Source: a phage
Sequence record: PZ445517.1
Length of the DNA: 64,000 nt
Reading direction: 5' to 3' (one strand)
The notes below the pieces were generated by a model. It was not told the origin of the DNA. It saw nothing but the letters and a program-made list of their open reading frames with translations, and did no database searches. Numbering within the stretch: position 1 is the first letter of the stretch; every line of letters begins with the position of its first letter. The translations under genes and the position numbers were made by a program. Of this stretch, positions 48,788-61,472 are shown in pieces.

Positions 48788-48829
48788 GATGAGGTAATAG
48801 TATCACTACCTCATCAGTATGTAAACAAC
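48788..48829 (-). promoter_or_regulatory. early promoter with stem-loop (PeSL-like cassette)
   Basis: gatgaggtaatagtatcactacctcatc inverted repeat plus gtaaac. Confidence 0.55.
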
Positions 48830-48838
48830 TTTGTGAAA

Positions 48839-49523
<685 letters not shown>

Positions 49524-49524
<1 letters not shown>

Positions 49525-50249
49525 TATAGTACCTTTAGTGTATTTTTAATTTTAGAAAAAAGTTCTTCAAGAGAACCATCGTTTGTAATTACTAAATCAC
49601 CATCACGAATTGGCAATCCAGCTTCTGTAATATGTGTATCATTGGATTTTTGACCAGGACGAACTACATGAATTACTGTAGCACCCATCGCCCTAGCCGC
49701 ATCCATTTCATGATCTTGACGAGTATCAGGAACGATATAATAATCATAACCTGAGTTAAATTTATCAAGATAATCTAAAGCAAATAATTTTACCCAATAC
49801 ATGCGGTCGAAGTTATTAACAATCAAATCCGTACCTAGGGCTTGCATCAGACGACGGACTGACCATTGATCTTCAATATTATTTATAACGTCAGCAATCT
49901 TGTTAAATGCTACGAAATTAACTGATTCTTTTCCTTCGTCATCAAAAACAAACACACCTTTAATTGGGCTTTTACTATTAAGATAGCAAAATGCTTGTTC
50001 CATAATAGTAATTACTTCTAATTTAGTCAGATTTAAATTAGTCTCACGATCATAGTCAATTCCTTCAAACTCTTTACGAGTTAAGCAAGGATAGTCAGTG
50101 TTTGCAGCAAATACGCCCCATGCATAAGCCAATGCATCTTTAATAGGACCAGCAAGTTGATATTTAACTGCAGAATAATTATTCATGATAAAATCTGCAG
50201 TAGTATCTTTTCCACTACGCTTTACACCACTTAAAAAGATTAATTTCAT
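49524..50249 (-). CDS. 1: deoxynucleoside monophosphate kinase gp1
   Basis: 241 aa, T4 gp1 length; P-loop GVKRSGKDT. Confidence 0.9.
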
Positions 50250-50298
50250 ATGTTTCTCCTCAAATTTAGTTAAGATTATAACACATGAAACTGAAGCA

Positions 50299-50829
50299 TT
50301 AAACTTCTGCTATAATTTTACCATCTTTTTCTACTTGAAAATACGTATAAGGAATCGTTGCTGTACATACTAAAGCTGGGTCTGAATCTTCAGTGTAGCT
50401 AAATTCTACTTCAGACAAGTCAGAAACCCAAGGCTTATAAAAATTTATTGACATTACAATTTCAGTTTTACTATTATCTAAAATGTAAAGCGTAATGTAT
50501 TCAGGACCTGTTTTTTGGGCAGTATTTTCACCTGTAAGATAGTTGCTAGTTCCTAGCATCCATTCATACATTCCTATCCACGACTTAAGCTCTTCATCAA
50601 CTATAAATCTCACAATGAGTGGGTCGTACTCAAATGTAACACCTGGACGTTGTGCTCGGCCCAGTCCAAACGGCCCAGTCACGGTATCAGTAACAGGTAT
50701 TCTAATTCCTGGAATAGGAACTGATTGAGCATTTAAAGTAAAAGCAGATGTAGTATTACTATGTGGTATTGATACTACAAAGTTAGTTGTATTTGCTTGG
50801 TTAAAAATTTGTTGCAGAGCTTGTGACAT
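50299..50829 (-). CDS. 3: tail completion / sheath stabiliser gp3
   Basis: 176 aa from ATG 50827-50829 with GAGGAAT SD; T4 gp3 length. Confidence 0.8.
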   Translation of the reverse strand: MSQALQQIFNQANTTNFVVSIPHSNTTSAFTLNAQSVPIPGIRIPVTDTVTGPFGLGRAQRPGVTFEYDPLIVRFIVDEELKSWIGMYEWMLGTSNYLTGENTAQKTGPEYITLYILDNSKTEIVMSINFYKPWVSDLSEVEFSYTEDSDPALVCTATIPYTYFQVEKDGKIIAEV

Positions 50830-50935
50830 ATATTCCTCATAATGCTTTATAAATGTTGGTGGTATAATGGGTCTAAGTCCCTTCCATTCAATTCCAATTA
50901 GAACAAACAATAGAAAAGAATGGAAGATAATAGAA

Positions 50936-51760
50936 TTAGATATTTGACCAGACTTTGTTTGCAGAGAAACGTTTTCCTTTTGAAACGAACTGCTGAAGTG
51001 GCATTAACACAACGTTCGCCCAGTCTTTTGGGGCGATTTCAACTAGGCTACCCATGATATTACCGGGTATATATGCCTTAATCATTTGGTCTGCACCCCT
51101 AAATCCTTTCACTTGACTCCAATCAATTTTCAATTTCGTTTTATTAGTAATAGTAGGTGTATTTGCATATTGCTTTAAAAGCTCTTCTAGAAATTGCTGA
51201 CGAGCTTTAGGTGGAATATAGTGCAAGTTCAATCCGTACATTAAATTGTGTTTACCTAAACCAAGGTAAATTATCAAAGGAAATTTATCCCAATAAGGAA
51301 GAGTTTCCTTGTGTTTAGCATCATAAGCAAAAGCATATATTCGTCCCGGCTGCGGGCGAACAACTTTATGTCCTTTTACTTGCTTAATAGTTTCAGCAAA
51401 CCACTTTCTGGTTTTATTATTAATTGCTGCGCCTTCATTACGAATTTTATCACGCAATGTTTGTCTGAATGAATTTATCATAAGCAGTTGTCTTTCTTGC
51501 TTATTGAGTTTATTCATTGGTTTTGATTCAAGCTTTTGAATCTTTTCGGCTGTTTTAATTCCTGAAGCATATTTTGACATTGCCGAAGTAAACGTAGAGT
51601 ATTTGATTCCTCTTTCTTCAGCAAATTGCTTTCCTGTCATTCCTTTTGCTTTGGCCTTTTTGTATTCAAGACCTATCTGAATCCATTTCTTTTCGTTTAA
51701 TGATTGCTTAACCTTTGGAACTTGGGGAGTGCTTTCATTAATTATTTGAAAAATAGCCAT
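50936..51760 (-). CDS. 2: DNA end protector gp2
   Basis: 274 aa, T4 gp2 length and position. Confidence 0.85.
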
Positions 51761-52212
51761 TATGCCCCCTTAAAGCCAAGAGCTCGTAATCCATCTTCTG
51801 TTAGAATTCTAAATTTTATTCCACGCTTTTCAGCTAAAGATTGCGCTGCTTTCCATTTGTCGGTATTAACAGAATATGTATAAATTTCATTCATAAATCT
51901 TTTCTTCGCTGCGGTTGTTAGATGTGCTGGTTTAACCGGCGGTTGTGTTTCTTTTTTAGGTTTTATTTCAATAAAAAATTCTTGTCCAGAAGAATCTTTC
52001 ATCCAAATATCCATGAAGTATCTACGTTTTTTCCCTTCTGCATTACAAAAATAAGGAATTACTGCTGTTTCACTACCCCATGCAATAATTTCTGGATTTT
52101 TATCTAACCATTCAAAAAAGAATTTTTCCCAATTTGATCTATACGTAATTTTTTTAGGGTCACCTCTATATTTTGATATATTTTTAGGAACCCATTTTCC
52201 AGAATATGCCAT
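51760..52212 (-). CDS. 4: head completion protein gp4
   Basis: 150 aa, T4 gp4 length; divergent from gene 53. Confidence 0.85.
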
Positions 52213-52223
52213 TGGATTCTCCT

Positions 52224-52231
52224 TATAAATA
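52224..52231 (+). promoter_or_regulatory. late promoter TATAAATA for gene 53
   Basis: Exact TATAAATA 28 nt upstream of ATG 52260. Confidence 0.6.
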
Positions 52232-52238
52232 GATAATA

Positions 52239-52246
52239 TATTTATA
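52239..52246 (-). promoter_or_regulatory. late promoter TATAAATA (minus strand) for gene 4
   Basis: Plus tatttata 27 nt upstream of ATG 52212; divergent with the gene 53 promoter. Confidence 0.5.
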
Positions 52247-52259
52247 AACAGGAGGGCCC

Positions 52260-52850
52260 ATGCTCTTTACATTTTTTGATCCGATTGAATATGCGGCCAA
52301 AACGGTGAATAAAAACGCGCCGACTATTCCTATGACAGATATTTTTAGAAACTATAAAGACTATTTCAAACGCGCTCTTGCGGGATATCGCTTACGTACT
52401 TATTATATTAAAGGTTCACCACGCCCGGAAGAATTAGCAAATGCTATATATGGAAATCCACAGTTGTATTGGGTTTTATTGATGTGTAATGATAATTATG
52501 ATCCGTATTATGGATGGATTACTTCGCAAGAAGCTGCTTATCAAGCATCTATACAAAAATACAAAAATGTAGGTGGAGACCAAATAGTATATCACGTGAA
52601 TGAGAATGGTGAAAAATTTTATAATTTAATATCATACGATGATAATCCATATGTTTGGTATGATAAAGGCGATAAAGCTAGAAAATATCCTCAATACGAA
52701 GGAGCACTTGCTGCTGTTGATACGTATGAAGCTGCTGTTCTTGAAAATGAAAAACTTCGTCAAATAAAAATAATAGCAAAATCAGACATCAATTCATTTA
52801 TGAACGACCTTATACGTATAATGGAGAAATCTTATGGAAATGATAAGTAA
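52260..52850 (+). CDS. 53: baseplate wedge protein gp53
   Basis: 196 aa, T4 gp53 length. Confidence 0.9.
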   Translation: MLFTFFDPIEYAAKTVNKNAPTIPMTDIFRNYKDYFKRALAGYRLRTYYIKGSPRPEELANAIYGNPQLYWVLLMCNDNYDPYYGWITSQEAAYQASIQKYKNVGGDQIVYHVNENGEKFYNLISYDDNPYVWYDKGDKARKYPQYEGALAAVDTYEAAVLENEKLRQIKIIAKSDINSFMNDLIRIMEKSYGNDK

Positions 52851-54561
52851 TAACCTCAACTGGTTTGTTGGTGTTGTTGAAGATAGAATGGACCCATTAA
52901 AATTAGGTCGTGTTCGTGTTCGTGTGGTTGGTCTGCATCCACCTCAAAGAGCACAAGGTGATGTAATGGGTATTCCAACCGATAAATTGCCATGGATGTC
53001 AGTTATTCAACCGATAACTTCTGCAGCAATGTCTGGAATTGGAGGTTCTGTTACAGGGCCAGTAGAAGGAACTAGAGTATATGGTCATTTTTTAGACAAA
53101 TGGAAAACTAACGGAATTGTCCTTGGAACGTATGGTGGAATAGTTCGCGAAAAACCTAATAGACTTGAAGGATTTTCTGACCCAACTGGGCAGTATCCTA
53201 GACGTCTAGGAAATGATACTAACGTATTAAACCAAGGCGGAGAAGTAGGATATGATTCGTCTTCTAATATTATCCAAGATAGTAATCTAGACACTGCGAT
53301 AAATCCCGATGATAGACCGCTATCAGAGATTCCAACTGATGATAATCCAAATATGTCAATGGCTGAAATGCTTCGCCGTGATGAAGGATTAAGACTAAAA
53401 GTTTATTGGGACACAGAAGGATATCCGACAATTGGTATTGGTCATCTTATCATGAAGCAACCAGTTCGTGATATGGCCCAAATTAATAAAGTTTTATCAA
53501 AACAAGTTGGTCGTGAAATTACAGGAAATCCAGGTTCCATTACAATGGAAGAAGCCGTAGCTTTATTTGAACGTGATTTGGCTGATATGCAACGTGACAT
53601 TAAATCACATTCTAAAGTTGGCCCAGTTTGGAAAGCAGTTAATCGTTCTCGTCAAATGGCGTTAGAAAATATGGCATTTCAGATGGGTGTTGGCGGTGTA
53701 GCTAAATTTAACACAATGTTAACTGCTATGTTAGCCGGAGATTGGGAAAAAGCATATAAAGCCGGACGCGATTCATTATGGTATCAACAAACAAAAGGCC
53801 GTGCATCCCGTGTTACCATGATTATTCTTACAGGGAATTTGGAATCATACGGTATTGAAGTGAAAACGCCAGCTAGGTCTTTGTCAGCAATGGCTGCTAC
53901 TGTAGCAAAGTCTTCTGACCCGGCTGACCCTCCTATTCCGAATGATTCAAGAATTTTATTCAAAGAACCTGTTTCTTCATATAAAGGTGAATATCCGTAT
54001 GTTCACACAATGGAAACTGAAAGCGGTCATATTCAGGAATTTGATGATACCCCTGGGCAAGAACGATACAGATTAGTTCATCCGACTGGAACGTATGAGG
54101 AAGTATCACCATCAGGAAGAAGAACGAGAAAAACTGTTGATAATTTGTATGATATAACAAATGCTGATGGTAATTTTTTGGTAGCCGGCGATAAAAAGAC
54201 TAACGTCGGTGGATCAGAAATTTATTACAACATGGATAATCGTCTTCACCAAATAGATGGAAGCAATACGATATTTGTGCGCGGCGACGAAACTAAGACG
54301 GTTGAAGGTAATGGAACTATCCTAGTCAAAGGTAATGTTACTATTGTAGTTGAAGGCAATGCTGACATTACAGTTAAAGGAGATGCTACCACTTTAGTTG
54401 AAGGAAATCAAACTAACACAGTAAATGGAAACCTTTCTTGGAAAGTTGCCGGGACAGTTGATTGGGACGTTGGTGGTGATTGGACAGAAAAAATGGCATC
54501 TATGAGTTCTATTTCATCTGGTCAATACACAATTGATGGATCGAGGATTGACATTGGCTAA
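52834..54561 (+). CDS. 5: baseplate central spike with lysozyme domain gp5
   Basis: 575 aa; lysozyme segment MAEMLRRDEGLRLKVYWDTEGYPTIGIGHLI; C-terminal VEGN beta-helix repeats. Confidence 0.95.
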   Translation: MEMISNNLNWFVGVVEDRMDPLKLGRVRVRVVGLHPPQRAQGDVMGIPTDKLPWMSVIQPITSAAMSGIGGSVTGPVEGTRVYGHFLDKWKTNGIVLGTYGGIVREKPNRLEGFSDPTGQYPRRLGNDTNVLNQGGEVGYDSSSNIIQDSNLDTAINPDDRPLSEIPTDDNPNMSMAEMLRRDEGLRLKVYWDTEGYPTIGIGHLIMKQPVRDMAQINKVLSKQVGREITGNPGSITMEEAVALFERDLADMQRDIKSHSKVGPVWKAVNRSRQMALENMAFQMGVGGVAKFNTMLTAMLAGDWEKAYKAGRDSLWYQQTKGRASRVTMIILTGNLESYGIEVKTPARSLSAMAATVAKSSDPADPPIPNDSRILFKEPVSSYKGEYPYVHTMETESGHIQEFDDTPGQERYRLVHPTGTYEEVSPSGRRTRKTVDNLYDITNADGNFLVAGDKKTNVGGSEIYYNMDNRLHQIDGSNTIFVRGDETKTVEGNGTILVKGNVTIVVEGNADITVKGDATTLVEGNQTNTVNGNLSWKVAGTVDWDVGGDWTEKMASMSSISSGQYTIDGSRIDIG

Positions 54562-55090
54562 TATACTTCCAATGAGCGCTGATTTAGGAGAATCCATGGA
54601 AGGTTCTTCTATCGACGTCACCTTTACCGCTCAATTAGAAACAGGTGAAACGTTAGTATCTATAAATATAACTAGTTACGAAGAAACTCCTGGGGTTTTA
54701 GTAGAAGAAAATCGCTTATATGGAACATATGAATCTGTGTTTGGATTTGGAAATGACGCATTGAAATATCGTTTAGGCGATGAATTTAAAACTGCTGCTT
54801 CATGGGAAGACCTTCCAACTGATTCTAATACTCAGTTATATTTATGGAAAGCTCCTCAAAATCTCCAGAAGACATTCACTTACGAAGTAACATTAATATA
54901 TGACTACCAAGAACAAAGCGAATCTGGAGGTTCTGGTAGTAATTCTAGGTCATCTTCTGATACTACTGAACCGACAGATCCTCCTGCTCCAGTAAGAAAA
55001 ACACTCGTTAAAAATTATACTAAAACTATAGTTGGAAATTGGAGTCGTTGGGCTAATAAATTGAGAAGCTATGTGTATGAGAGGTCATAG
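54533..55090 (+). CDS. hypothetical baseplate-associated protein (5.1 position)
   Basis: 185 aa ORF between 5 and 5.4; start uncertain. Confidence 0.55.
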
Positions 55091-55384
55091 ATGTCAGGAT
55101 TAAGTTATGATAAGTGTGTTACTGCTGGCCATGAAGCGTGGCCTCCAACAGTTGTGAATGCTACACAAAGTAAAGTATTCACTGGAGGAATTGCTGTTCT
55201 CGTAGCAGGCGATCCAATTACAGAACATACAGAAATTAAAAAGCCGTATGAAACACATGGCGGAGTGACACAACCTAGAACTTCTAAGGTATATGTCACT
55301 GGAAAGAAAGCTGTTCAAATGGCTGATCCAATATCATGCGGTGATACTGTGGCTCAGGCATCATCTAAAGTATTCATTAAATAG
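55091..55384 (+). CDS. 5.4: PAAR-repeat spike tip protein gp5.4
   Basis: 97 aa, T4 gp5.4 length; immediately before gene 6. Confidence 0.8.
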
Positions 55385-55392
55385 GATTTAAA

Positions 55393-57375
55393 ATGGCAAA
55401 TACCCCTGTAAATTATCAATTAACAAGAACAGCAAATGCTATTCCCGAGATATTCGTCGGGGGTACGTTTGCTGAAATAAAACAAAACCTCATTGAATGG
55501 CTTAATGGCCAAAATGAATTTTTGGATTATGATTTTGAAGGCTCAAGATTAAACGTTCTGTGTGACCTTTTGGCTTATAATACGCTGTACATTCAGCAGT
55601 TTGGTAATGCTGCTGTGTATGAAAGCTTTATGCGTACTGCTAACTTACGAAGTTCAGTTGTTCAGGCTGCACAAGATAACGGATATTTACCTACTTCAAA
55701 ATCCGCTGCGCAGACCGAAATTATGTTAACATGCACCGACGCATTGAATAGGAATTACATTACTATTCCTCGCGGAACTCGCTTTTTAGCATATGCAAAA
55801 GATACTTCTGTTAATCCATATAACTTCGTTTCTACCGAAGACGTTATTGCTATTCGTGATAAAAATAACCAATATTTTCCACGTTTAAAATTGGCCCAGG
55901 GACGTATAGTAAGAACTGAAATCATTTATGATAAATTAACACCTATTATCATTTATGATAAAAATATTGATAGAAACCAGGTTAAATTATATGTTGATGG
56001 AGCGGAATGGATTAACTGGACGAGAAAGTCAATGGTTCATGCTGGTTCAACATCAACGATTTACTATATGCGTGAAACTATTGATGGAAACACTGAATTC
56101 TATTTTGGTGAAGGTGAAATTTCTGTTAATGCTTCTGAAGGAGCTTTGACTGCTAATTATATTGGAGGTCTTAAACCTACTCAGAACTCTACGATTGTTA
56201 TTGAGTACATCAGTACTAATGGCGCTGACGCGAACGGAGCAGTCGGATTTTCATACGCAGATACATTAACAAATATAACTGTCATCAATATTAATGAAAA
56301 TCCAAACGATGACCCAGATTTTGTTGGGGCAGATGGTGGCGGTGATCCGGAAGATATTGAGCGTATTCGCGAATTGGGTACTATTAAACGCGAAACTCAG
56401 CAACGATGCGTAACTGCGACTGACTACGATACATTCGTTTCAGAGAGATTCGGTTCTATTATTCAAGCTGTTCAAACTTTCACTGATTCTACTAAACCTG
56501 GGTATGCATTTATTGCTGCTAAACCTAAATCAGGTCTGTATTTAACTACCGTACAGCGCGAAGATATTAAAAATTATCTCAAAGACTATAATTTAGCTCC
56601 TATTACGCCATCAATTATTTCTCCTAATTATCTTTTTATTAAGACTAATTTAAAAGTCACATATGCTTTAAATAAGCTACAAGAATCCGAACAGTGGCTC
56701 GAAGGTCAAATAATTGATAAAATTGATCGCTATTATACCGAAGATGTAGAAATTTTTAACTCATCTTTCGCTAAATCTAAGATGTTGACATATGTAGATG
56801 ATGCAGATCATTCTATCATTGGTTCATCAGCGACAATTCAAATTGTTCGTGAAGTACAAAACTTCTATAAAACGCCTGAAGCAGGTATTAAATACAATAA
56901 TCAAATAAAAGATCGTTCTATGGAATCTAATACGTTTTCATTTAATTCTGGACGAAAGGTTGTAAATCCTGATACTGGTTTAGAAGAAGATGTATTATAT
57001 GACGTTCGTATAGTATCAACAGACCGAGATTCTAAAGGAATTGGTAAAGTTATTATTGGTCCATTTGCTTCTGGCGATGTTACAGAAAATGAAAACATTC
57101 AGCCGTATACAGGCAATGATTTTAACAAATTAGCAAATTCTGATGGACGCGACAAATACTATGTTATCGGTGAAATAAATTATCCGGCTGACATGATTTA
57201 TTGGAATATCGCTAAAATTAATTTAACATCTGAAAAATTTGAAGTTCAGACTATTGAATTATATTCTGACCCAACCGATGATGTTATCTTTACTCGCGAT
57301 GGTTCACTGATTGTATTTGAAAATGACTTACGTCCACAATACTTAACTATCGATTTGGAGCCTATATCACAATGA
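55393..57375 (+). CDS. 6: baseplate wedge protein gp6
   Basis: 660 aa, T4 gp6 length. Confidence 0.92.
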   Translation: MANTPVNYQLTRTANAIPEIFVGGTFAEIKQNLIEWLNGQNEFLDYDFEGSRLNVLCDLLAYNTLYIQQFGNAAVYESFMRTANLRSSVVQAAQDNGYLPTSKSAAQTEIMLTCTDALNRNYITIPRGTRFLAYAKDTSVNPYNFVSTEDVIAIRDKNNQYFPRLKLAQGRIVRTEIIYDKLTPIIIYDKNIDRNQVKLYVDGAEWINWTRKSMVHAGSTSTIYYMRETIDGNTEFYFGEGEISVNASEGALTANYIGGLKPTQNSTIVIEYISTNGADANGAVGFSYADTLTNITVININENPNDDPDFVGADGGGDPEDIERIRELGTIKRETQQRCVTATDYDTFVSERFGSIIQAVQTFTDSTKPGYAFIAAKPKSGLYLTTVQREDIKNYLKDYNLAPITPSIISPNYLFIKTNLKVTYALNKLQESEQWLEGQIIDKIDRYYTEDVEIFNSSFAKSKMLTYVDDADHSIIGSSATIQIVREVQNFYKTPEAGIKYNNQIKDRSMESNTFSFNSGRKVVNPDTGLEEDVLYDVRIVSTDRDSKGIGKVIIGPFASGDVTENENIQPYTGNDFNKLANSDGRDKYYVIGEINYPADMIYWNIAKINLTSEKFEVQTIELYSDPTDDVIFTRDGSLIVFENDLRPQYLTIDLEPISQ

Positions 57376-60300
57376 CAGTAAAAGCACCTTCAGTCACTAG
57401 TCTCAGAATTTCCAAGTTATCCGCAAATCAGGTGCAAGTACGCTGGGATGACGTTGGTGCTAATTTCTACTATTTTGTAGAAATCGCTGAGACAAAAACA
57501 AACTCGGGGGAAAATCTCCCGAGTAATCAATACAGATGGATTAACTTAGGATATACTGCAAATAACAGCTTCTTTTTTGATGATGCTGATCCATTGACAT
57601 CATACATTATCAGAGTAGCTACAGCTGCGCAAGATTTTGAGCAGTCTGATTGGATTTATACCGAAGAGTTTGAAACTTTTGCTACAAATGCTTATACATT
57701 TCAAAACATGATTGAAATGCAATTAGCCAATAAATTCATTCAGGAAAAATTTACTCTTAATAATTCTGATTATGTTAATTTTAATAATGACACTATAATG
57801 GCTGCATTGATGAATGAATCATTTCAATTCAGCCCATCGTATGTTGATGTTTCATCAATAAGTAATTTTATTATTGGTGAAAATGAGTATCATGAAATAC
57901 AAGGTTCTATTCAGCAAGTATGTAAGGATATTAACCGAGTTTATTTGATGGAATCAGAAGGAATTCTATATCTTTTTGAGCGCTATCAACCTGTAGTTAA
58001 AGTATCCAATGATAAAGGACAAACCTGGAAAGCTGTAAAGCTCTTCAATGACCGTGTAGGATATCCTTTATCTAAGACAGTATATTACCAATCTGCGAAC
58101 ACAACATACGTTCTAGGATACGACAAGATTTTCTACGGCCGTAAATCTACTGATGTTAGATGGTCAGCTGATGATGTCAGATTTAGTTCGCAGGATATAA
58201 CATTTGCTAAACTTGGTGACCAATTGCATCTAGGATTTGATGTAGAAATTTTTGCCACTTATGCGACTTTACCAGCGAATGTATACCGCATTGCAGAAGC
58301 TATTACTTGCACCGATGATTACATTTACGTTGTCGCCAGAGACAAAGTTAGATACATAAAAACGAGTAATGCACCTATAGATTCTGATCCATTATCTCCA
58401 ACATATTCGGAAAGACTTTTTGAACCTGATACAATGACTATAACTGGAAATCCTAAAGCAGTATGCTATAAAATGGATTCTATCGGTGATAAAGTTTTTG
58501 CTCTTATTATTGGTGAAGTTGAAACATTAAATGCTAATCCTAGAACATCAAAAATAATTGATTCTGTTGATAAAGGAATATATGTTTTAAATCATGACGA
58601 AAAAACATGGAAAAGAGTTTTTGGTAATACCGAAGAAGAAAGAAGACGTATTCAACCCGGATATGCGAATATGTCAACTGATGGTAAATTAGTTTCTCTG
58701 TCTTCGAGTAATTTTAAATTTTTAAGTGATAATGTTGTTAATGACCCTGAAACTGTGGTGAAATATCAGTTAATCGGTGCTGTTAAATATGAATTTCCAC
58801 GTGAATGGTTAGCTGATAAGCATTATCATATGATGGCATTTATAGCAGATGAAAAATCTGATTGGGAAACTTTTACGCCTCAGCCGATGAAATACTATGC
58901 AGAACCATTCTTTAACTGGTCTAAAAAATCTAACACACGCTGTTGGATAAACAACTCTGACAGAGCTGTAGTAGTTTATGCTGATTTAAAATATACCAAA
59001 GTTATTGAAAATTTTCCAGAAACATCGCCAGATAGATTAGTTCATGAATACTGGGATGACGGCGATTGCACTATAGTAATGCCAAATGTTAAATTCACGG
59101 GATTTAAAAAATATGCGTCTGGGATGCTTTTTTATAAATCTTCTGGTGAAATAATTTCTTACTATGATTTTAACTATCGAGTGAGAGACACGGTTGAAAT
59201 AATTTGGAAGCCAACTGGAATATTTTTAAAAGCATTTTTACAAAACCAAGAGCGTGAAACTCCTTGGTCACCGGAAGAAGAGCATGGATTAGCTGATCCT
59301 GATTTAAGACCATTGATTGGCACAATGATGCCTGATTCTTATTTGCTACAGGATTCTAATTTTGAGGCATTCTGCGAAGCATATATTCAGTATCTTTCTG
59401 ATGGATATGGAACTCAGTATAATAATTTACGAAATTTAATTCGTAATCAATATCCGCGAGAAGAGCATGCATGGGAATATTTGTGGTCAGAGATATATAA
59501 AAGAAACATTTATTTAAATGCTGATAAACGTGATGCTGTTGCAAGATTTTTTGAATCACGTAGCTATGATTTTTATTCTACTAAAGGAATTGAAGCATCA
59601 TACAAATTTCTTTTTAAAGTTCTTTATAATGAAGAAGTTGAAATTGAAATTGAATCTGGGGCTGGTACTGAATATGATATAATCGTTCAATCTGATTCTT
59701 TGACTGAAGATTTAGTAGGACAAACGATTTATACAGCTACAGGAAGATGTAATGTTACTTATATAGAAAGAAGCTATTCCAATGGCAAATTGCAATGGAC
59801 CGTAACTATTCATAATCTTTTGGGAAGATTAATTGCCGGTCAAGAAGTTAAAGCAGAAAGACTCCCTAGTTTCGAAGGCGAAATTATTCGCGGGGTTAAA
59901 GGAAAGGATTTGCTTCAAAATAATATAGACTATATTAATAGAAGTCGATCATATTATGTAATGAAAATTAAATCCAATTTACCTTCTTCCCGCTGGAAAT
60001 CTGACGTTATTCGTTTTGTTCATCCAGTAGGATTTGGATTTATAGCAATTACTCTTTTAACAATGTTTATTAATGTCGGTTTAACTCTTAAACATACAGA
60101 GACTATAATTAATAAATACAAAAACTACAAATGGGATTCTGGATTGCCTACTGAATATGCTGATAGAGTAGCTAAATTAACTCCAACCGGTGAAATTGAG
60201 CATGATTCAGTAACAGGCGAAGCAATTTATGAACCTGGCCCAATGGCGGGTGTAAAATATCCTCTTCCTGATGACTATAATGCTGAAAATAATAATTCAA

Positions 60301-60470
60301 TATTTCAAGGTCAATTGCCGTCTGAACGACGTAAATTAATGAGTCCTCTATTTGATGCATCTGGAACAACATTTGCACAATTTAGGGATTTAGTTAATAA
60401 ACGTCTAAAAGATAATATAGGAAATCCAAGAGACCCTGAAAATCCAACACAGGTTAAAATAGATGAATGA
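57372..60470 (+). CDS. 7: baseplate wedge protein gp7
   Basis: 1032 aa, T4 gp7 length. Confidence 0.92.
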   Translation: MTVKAPSVTSLRISKLSANQVQVRWDDVGANFYYFVEIAETKTNSGENLPSNQYRWINLGYTANNSFFFDDADPLTSYIIRVATAAQDFEQSDWIYTEEFETFATNAYTFQNMIEMQLANKFIQEKFTLNNSDYVNFNNDTIMAALMNESFQFSPSYVDVSSISNFIIGENEYHEIQGSIQQVCKDINRVYLMESEGILYLFERYQPVVKVSNDKGQTWKAVKLFNDRVGYPLSKTVYYQSANTTYVLGYDKIFYGRKSTDVRWSADDVRFSSQDITFAKLGDQLHLGFDVEIFATYATLPANVYRIAEAITCTDDYIYVVARDKVRYIKTSNAPIDSDPLSPTYSERLFEPDTMTITGNPKAVCYKMDSIGDKVFALIIGEVETLNANPRTSKIIDSVDKGIYVLNHDEKTWKRVFGNTEEERRRIQPGYANMSTDGKLVSLSSSNFKFLSDNVVNDPETVVKYQLIGAVKYEFPREWLADKHYHMMAFIADEKSDWETFTPQPMKYYAEPFFNWSKKSNTRCWINNSDRAVVVYADLKYTKVIENFPETSPDRLVHEYWDDGDCTIVMPNVKFTGFKKYASGMLFYKSSGEIISYYDFNYRVRDTVEIIWKPTGIFLKAFLQNQERETPWSPEEEHGLADPDLRPLIGTMMPDSYLLQDSNFEAFCEAYIQYLSDGYGTQYNNLRNLIRNQYPREEHAWEYLWSEIYKRNIYLNADKRDAVARFFESRSYDFYSTKGIEASYKFLFKVLYNEEVEIEIESGAGTEYDIIVQSDSLTEDLVGQTIYTATGRCNVTYIERSYSNGKLQWTVTIHNLLGRLIAGQEVKAERLPSFEGEIIRGVKGKDLLQNNIDYINRSRSYYVMKIKSNLPSSRWKSDVIRFVHPVGFGFIAITLLTMFINVGLTLKHTETIINKYKNYKWDSGLPTEYADRVAKLTPTGEIEHDSVTGEAIYEPGPMAGVKYPLPDDYNAENNNSIFQGQLPSERRKLMSPLFDASGTTFAQFRDLVNKRLKDNIGNPRDPENPTQVKIDE

Positions 60471-61467
60471 TTCAAGTGTTATCTATCGTGCGATAGTTAC
60501 TTCAAAATTTAGAACAGAAAAAATGTTGAATTTTTATAATTCAATTGGAAGTGGTCCGGATAAAAACACTATCTTTATTACATTTGGAAGATCAGAACCG
60601 TGGTCATCAAACGAAAATGAGGTGGGATTTGCCCCACCTTATCCCACCGATTCTGTATTAGGTGTAACTGACATGTGGACTCATATGATGGGAACCGTGA
60701 AGGTTCTTCCATCTATGCTTGATGCAGTTATTCCTCGTCGAGATTGGGGAGATACTAGATATCCGGATCCATACACATTTAGAATTAACGATATTGTAGT
60801 GTGTAACTCAGCTCCTTACAACGCTACCGAATCAGGCGCAGGCTGGTTAGTATATCGTTGTTTAGATGTTCCTGATACCGGAATGTGCTCAATCGAGTCT
60901 TTAACTAATAAGGATGAATGCCTTAAGCTAGGTGGAAAATGGACTCCTTCTGTTAGGTCAATGACTCCTCCTGAAGGTCGAGGAGACGCGGAAGGAACAA
61001 TCGAACCTGGAGACGGGTATGTATGGGAATATCTTTTTGAGATTCCGCCTGATGTATCTATAAACAGATGCACGAATGAATATATCGTGGTTCCTTGGCC
61101 TGAGGAATTAAAAGAAGATCCGACTAGATGGGGGTATGAAGATAACCTCACTTGGCAGCAAGATGATTTTGGATTAATTTACCGGGTTAAGGCAAATACT
61201 ATTCGTTTTAAAGCATACTTAGATTCAGTTTATTTTCCTGAAGCTGCATTGCCGGGAAATAAAGGATTTAGACAAATATCGATAATCACGAATCCTCTTG
61301 AAGCTAAAGTTCATCCAAATGACCCAAACGTTAAAGCTGAAAAGGATTACTATGATCCGGAAGATTTAATGAGGCATTCGGGCGAAATGATTTATATGGA
61401 AAATAGGCCACCTATTATTATGGCAATGGACCAAACAGAAGAAATCAATATTCTGTTTACATTTTAA
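60463..61467 (+). CDS. 8: baseplate wedge protein gp8
   Basis: 334 aa, T4 gp8 length. Confidence 0.92.
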   Translation: MNDSSVIYRAIVTSKFRTEKMLNFYNSIGSGPDKNTIFITFGRSEPWSSNENEVGFAPPYPTDSVLGVTDMWTHMMGTVKVLPSMLDAVIPRRDWGDTRYPDPYTFRINDIVVCNSAPYNATESGAGWLVYRCLDVPDTGMCSIESLTNKDECLKLGGKWTPSVRSMTPPEGRGDAEGTIEPGDGYVWEYLFEIPPDVSINRCTNEYIVVPWPEELKEDPTRWGYEDNLTWQQDDFGLIYRVKANTIRFKAYLDSVYFPEAALPGNKGFRQISIITNPLEAKVHPNDPNVKAEKDYYDPEDLMRHSGEMIYMENRPPIIMAMDQTEEINILFTF

Positions 61468-61472
61468 ATTAA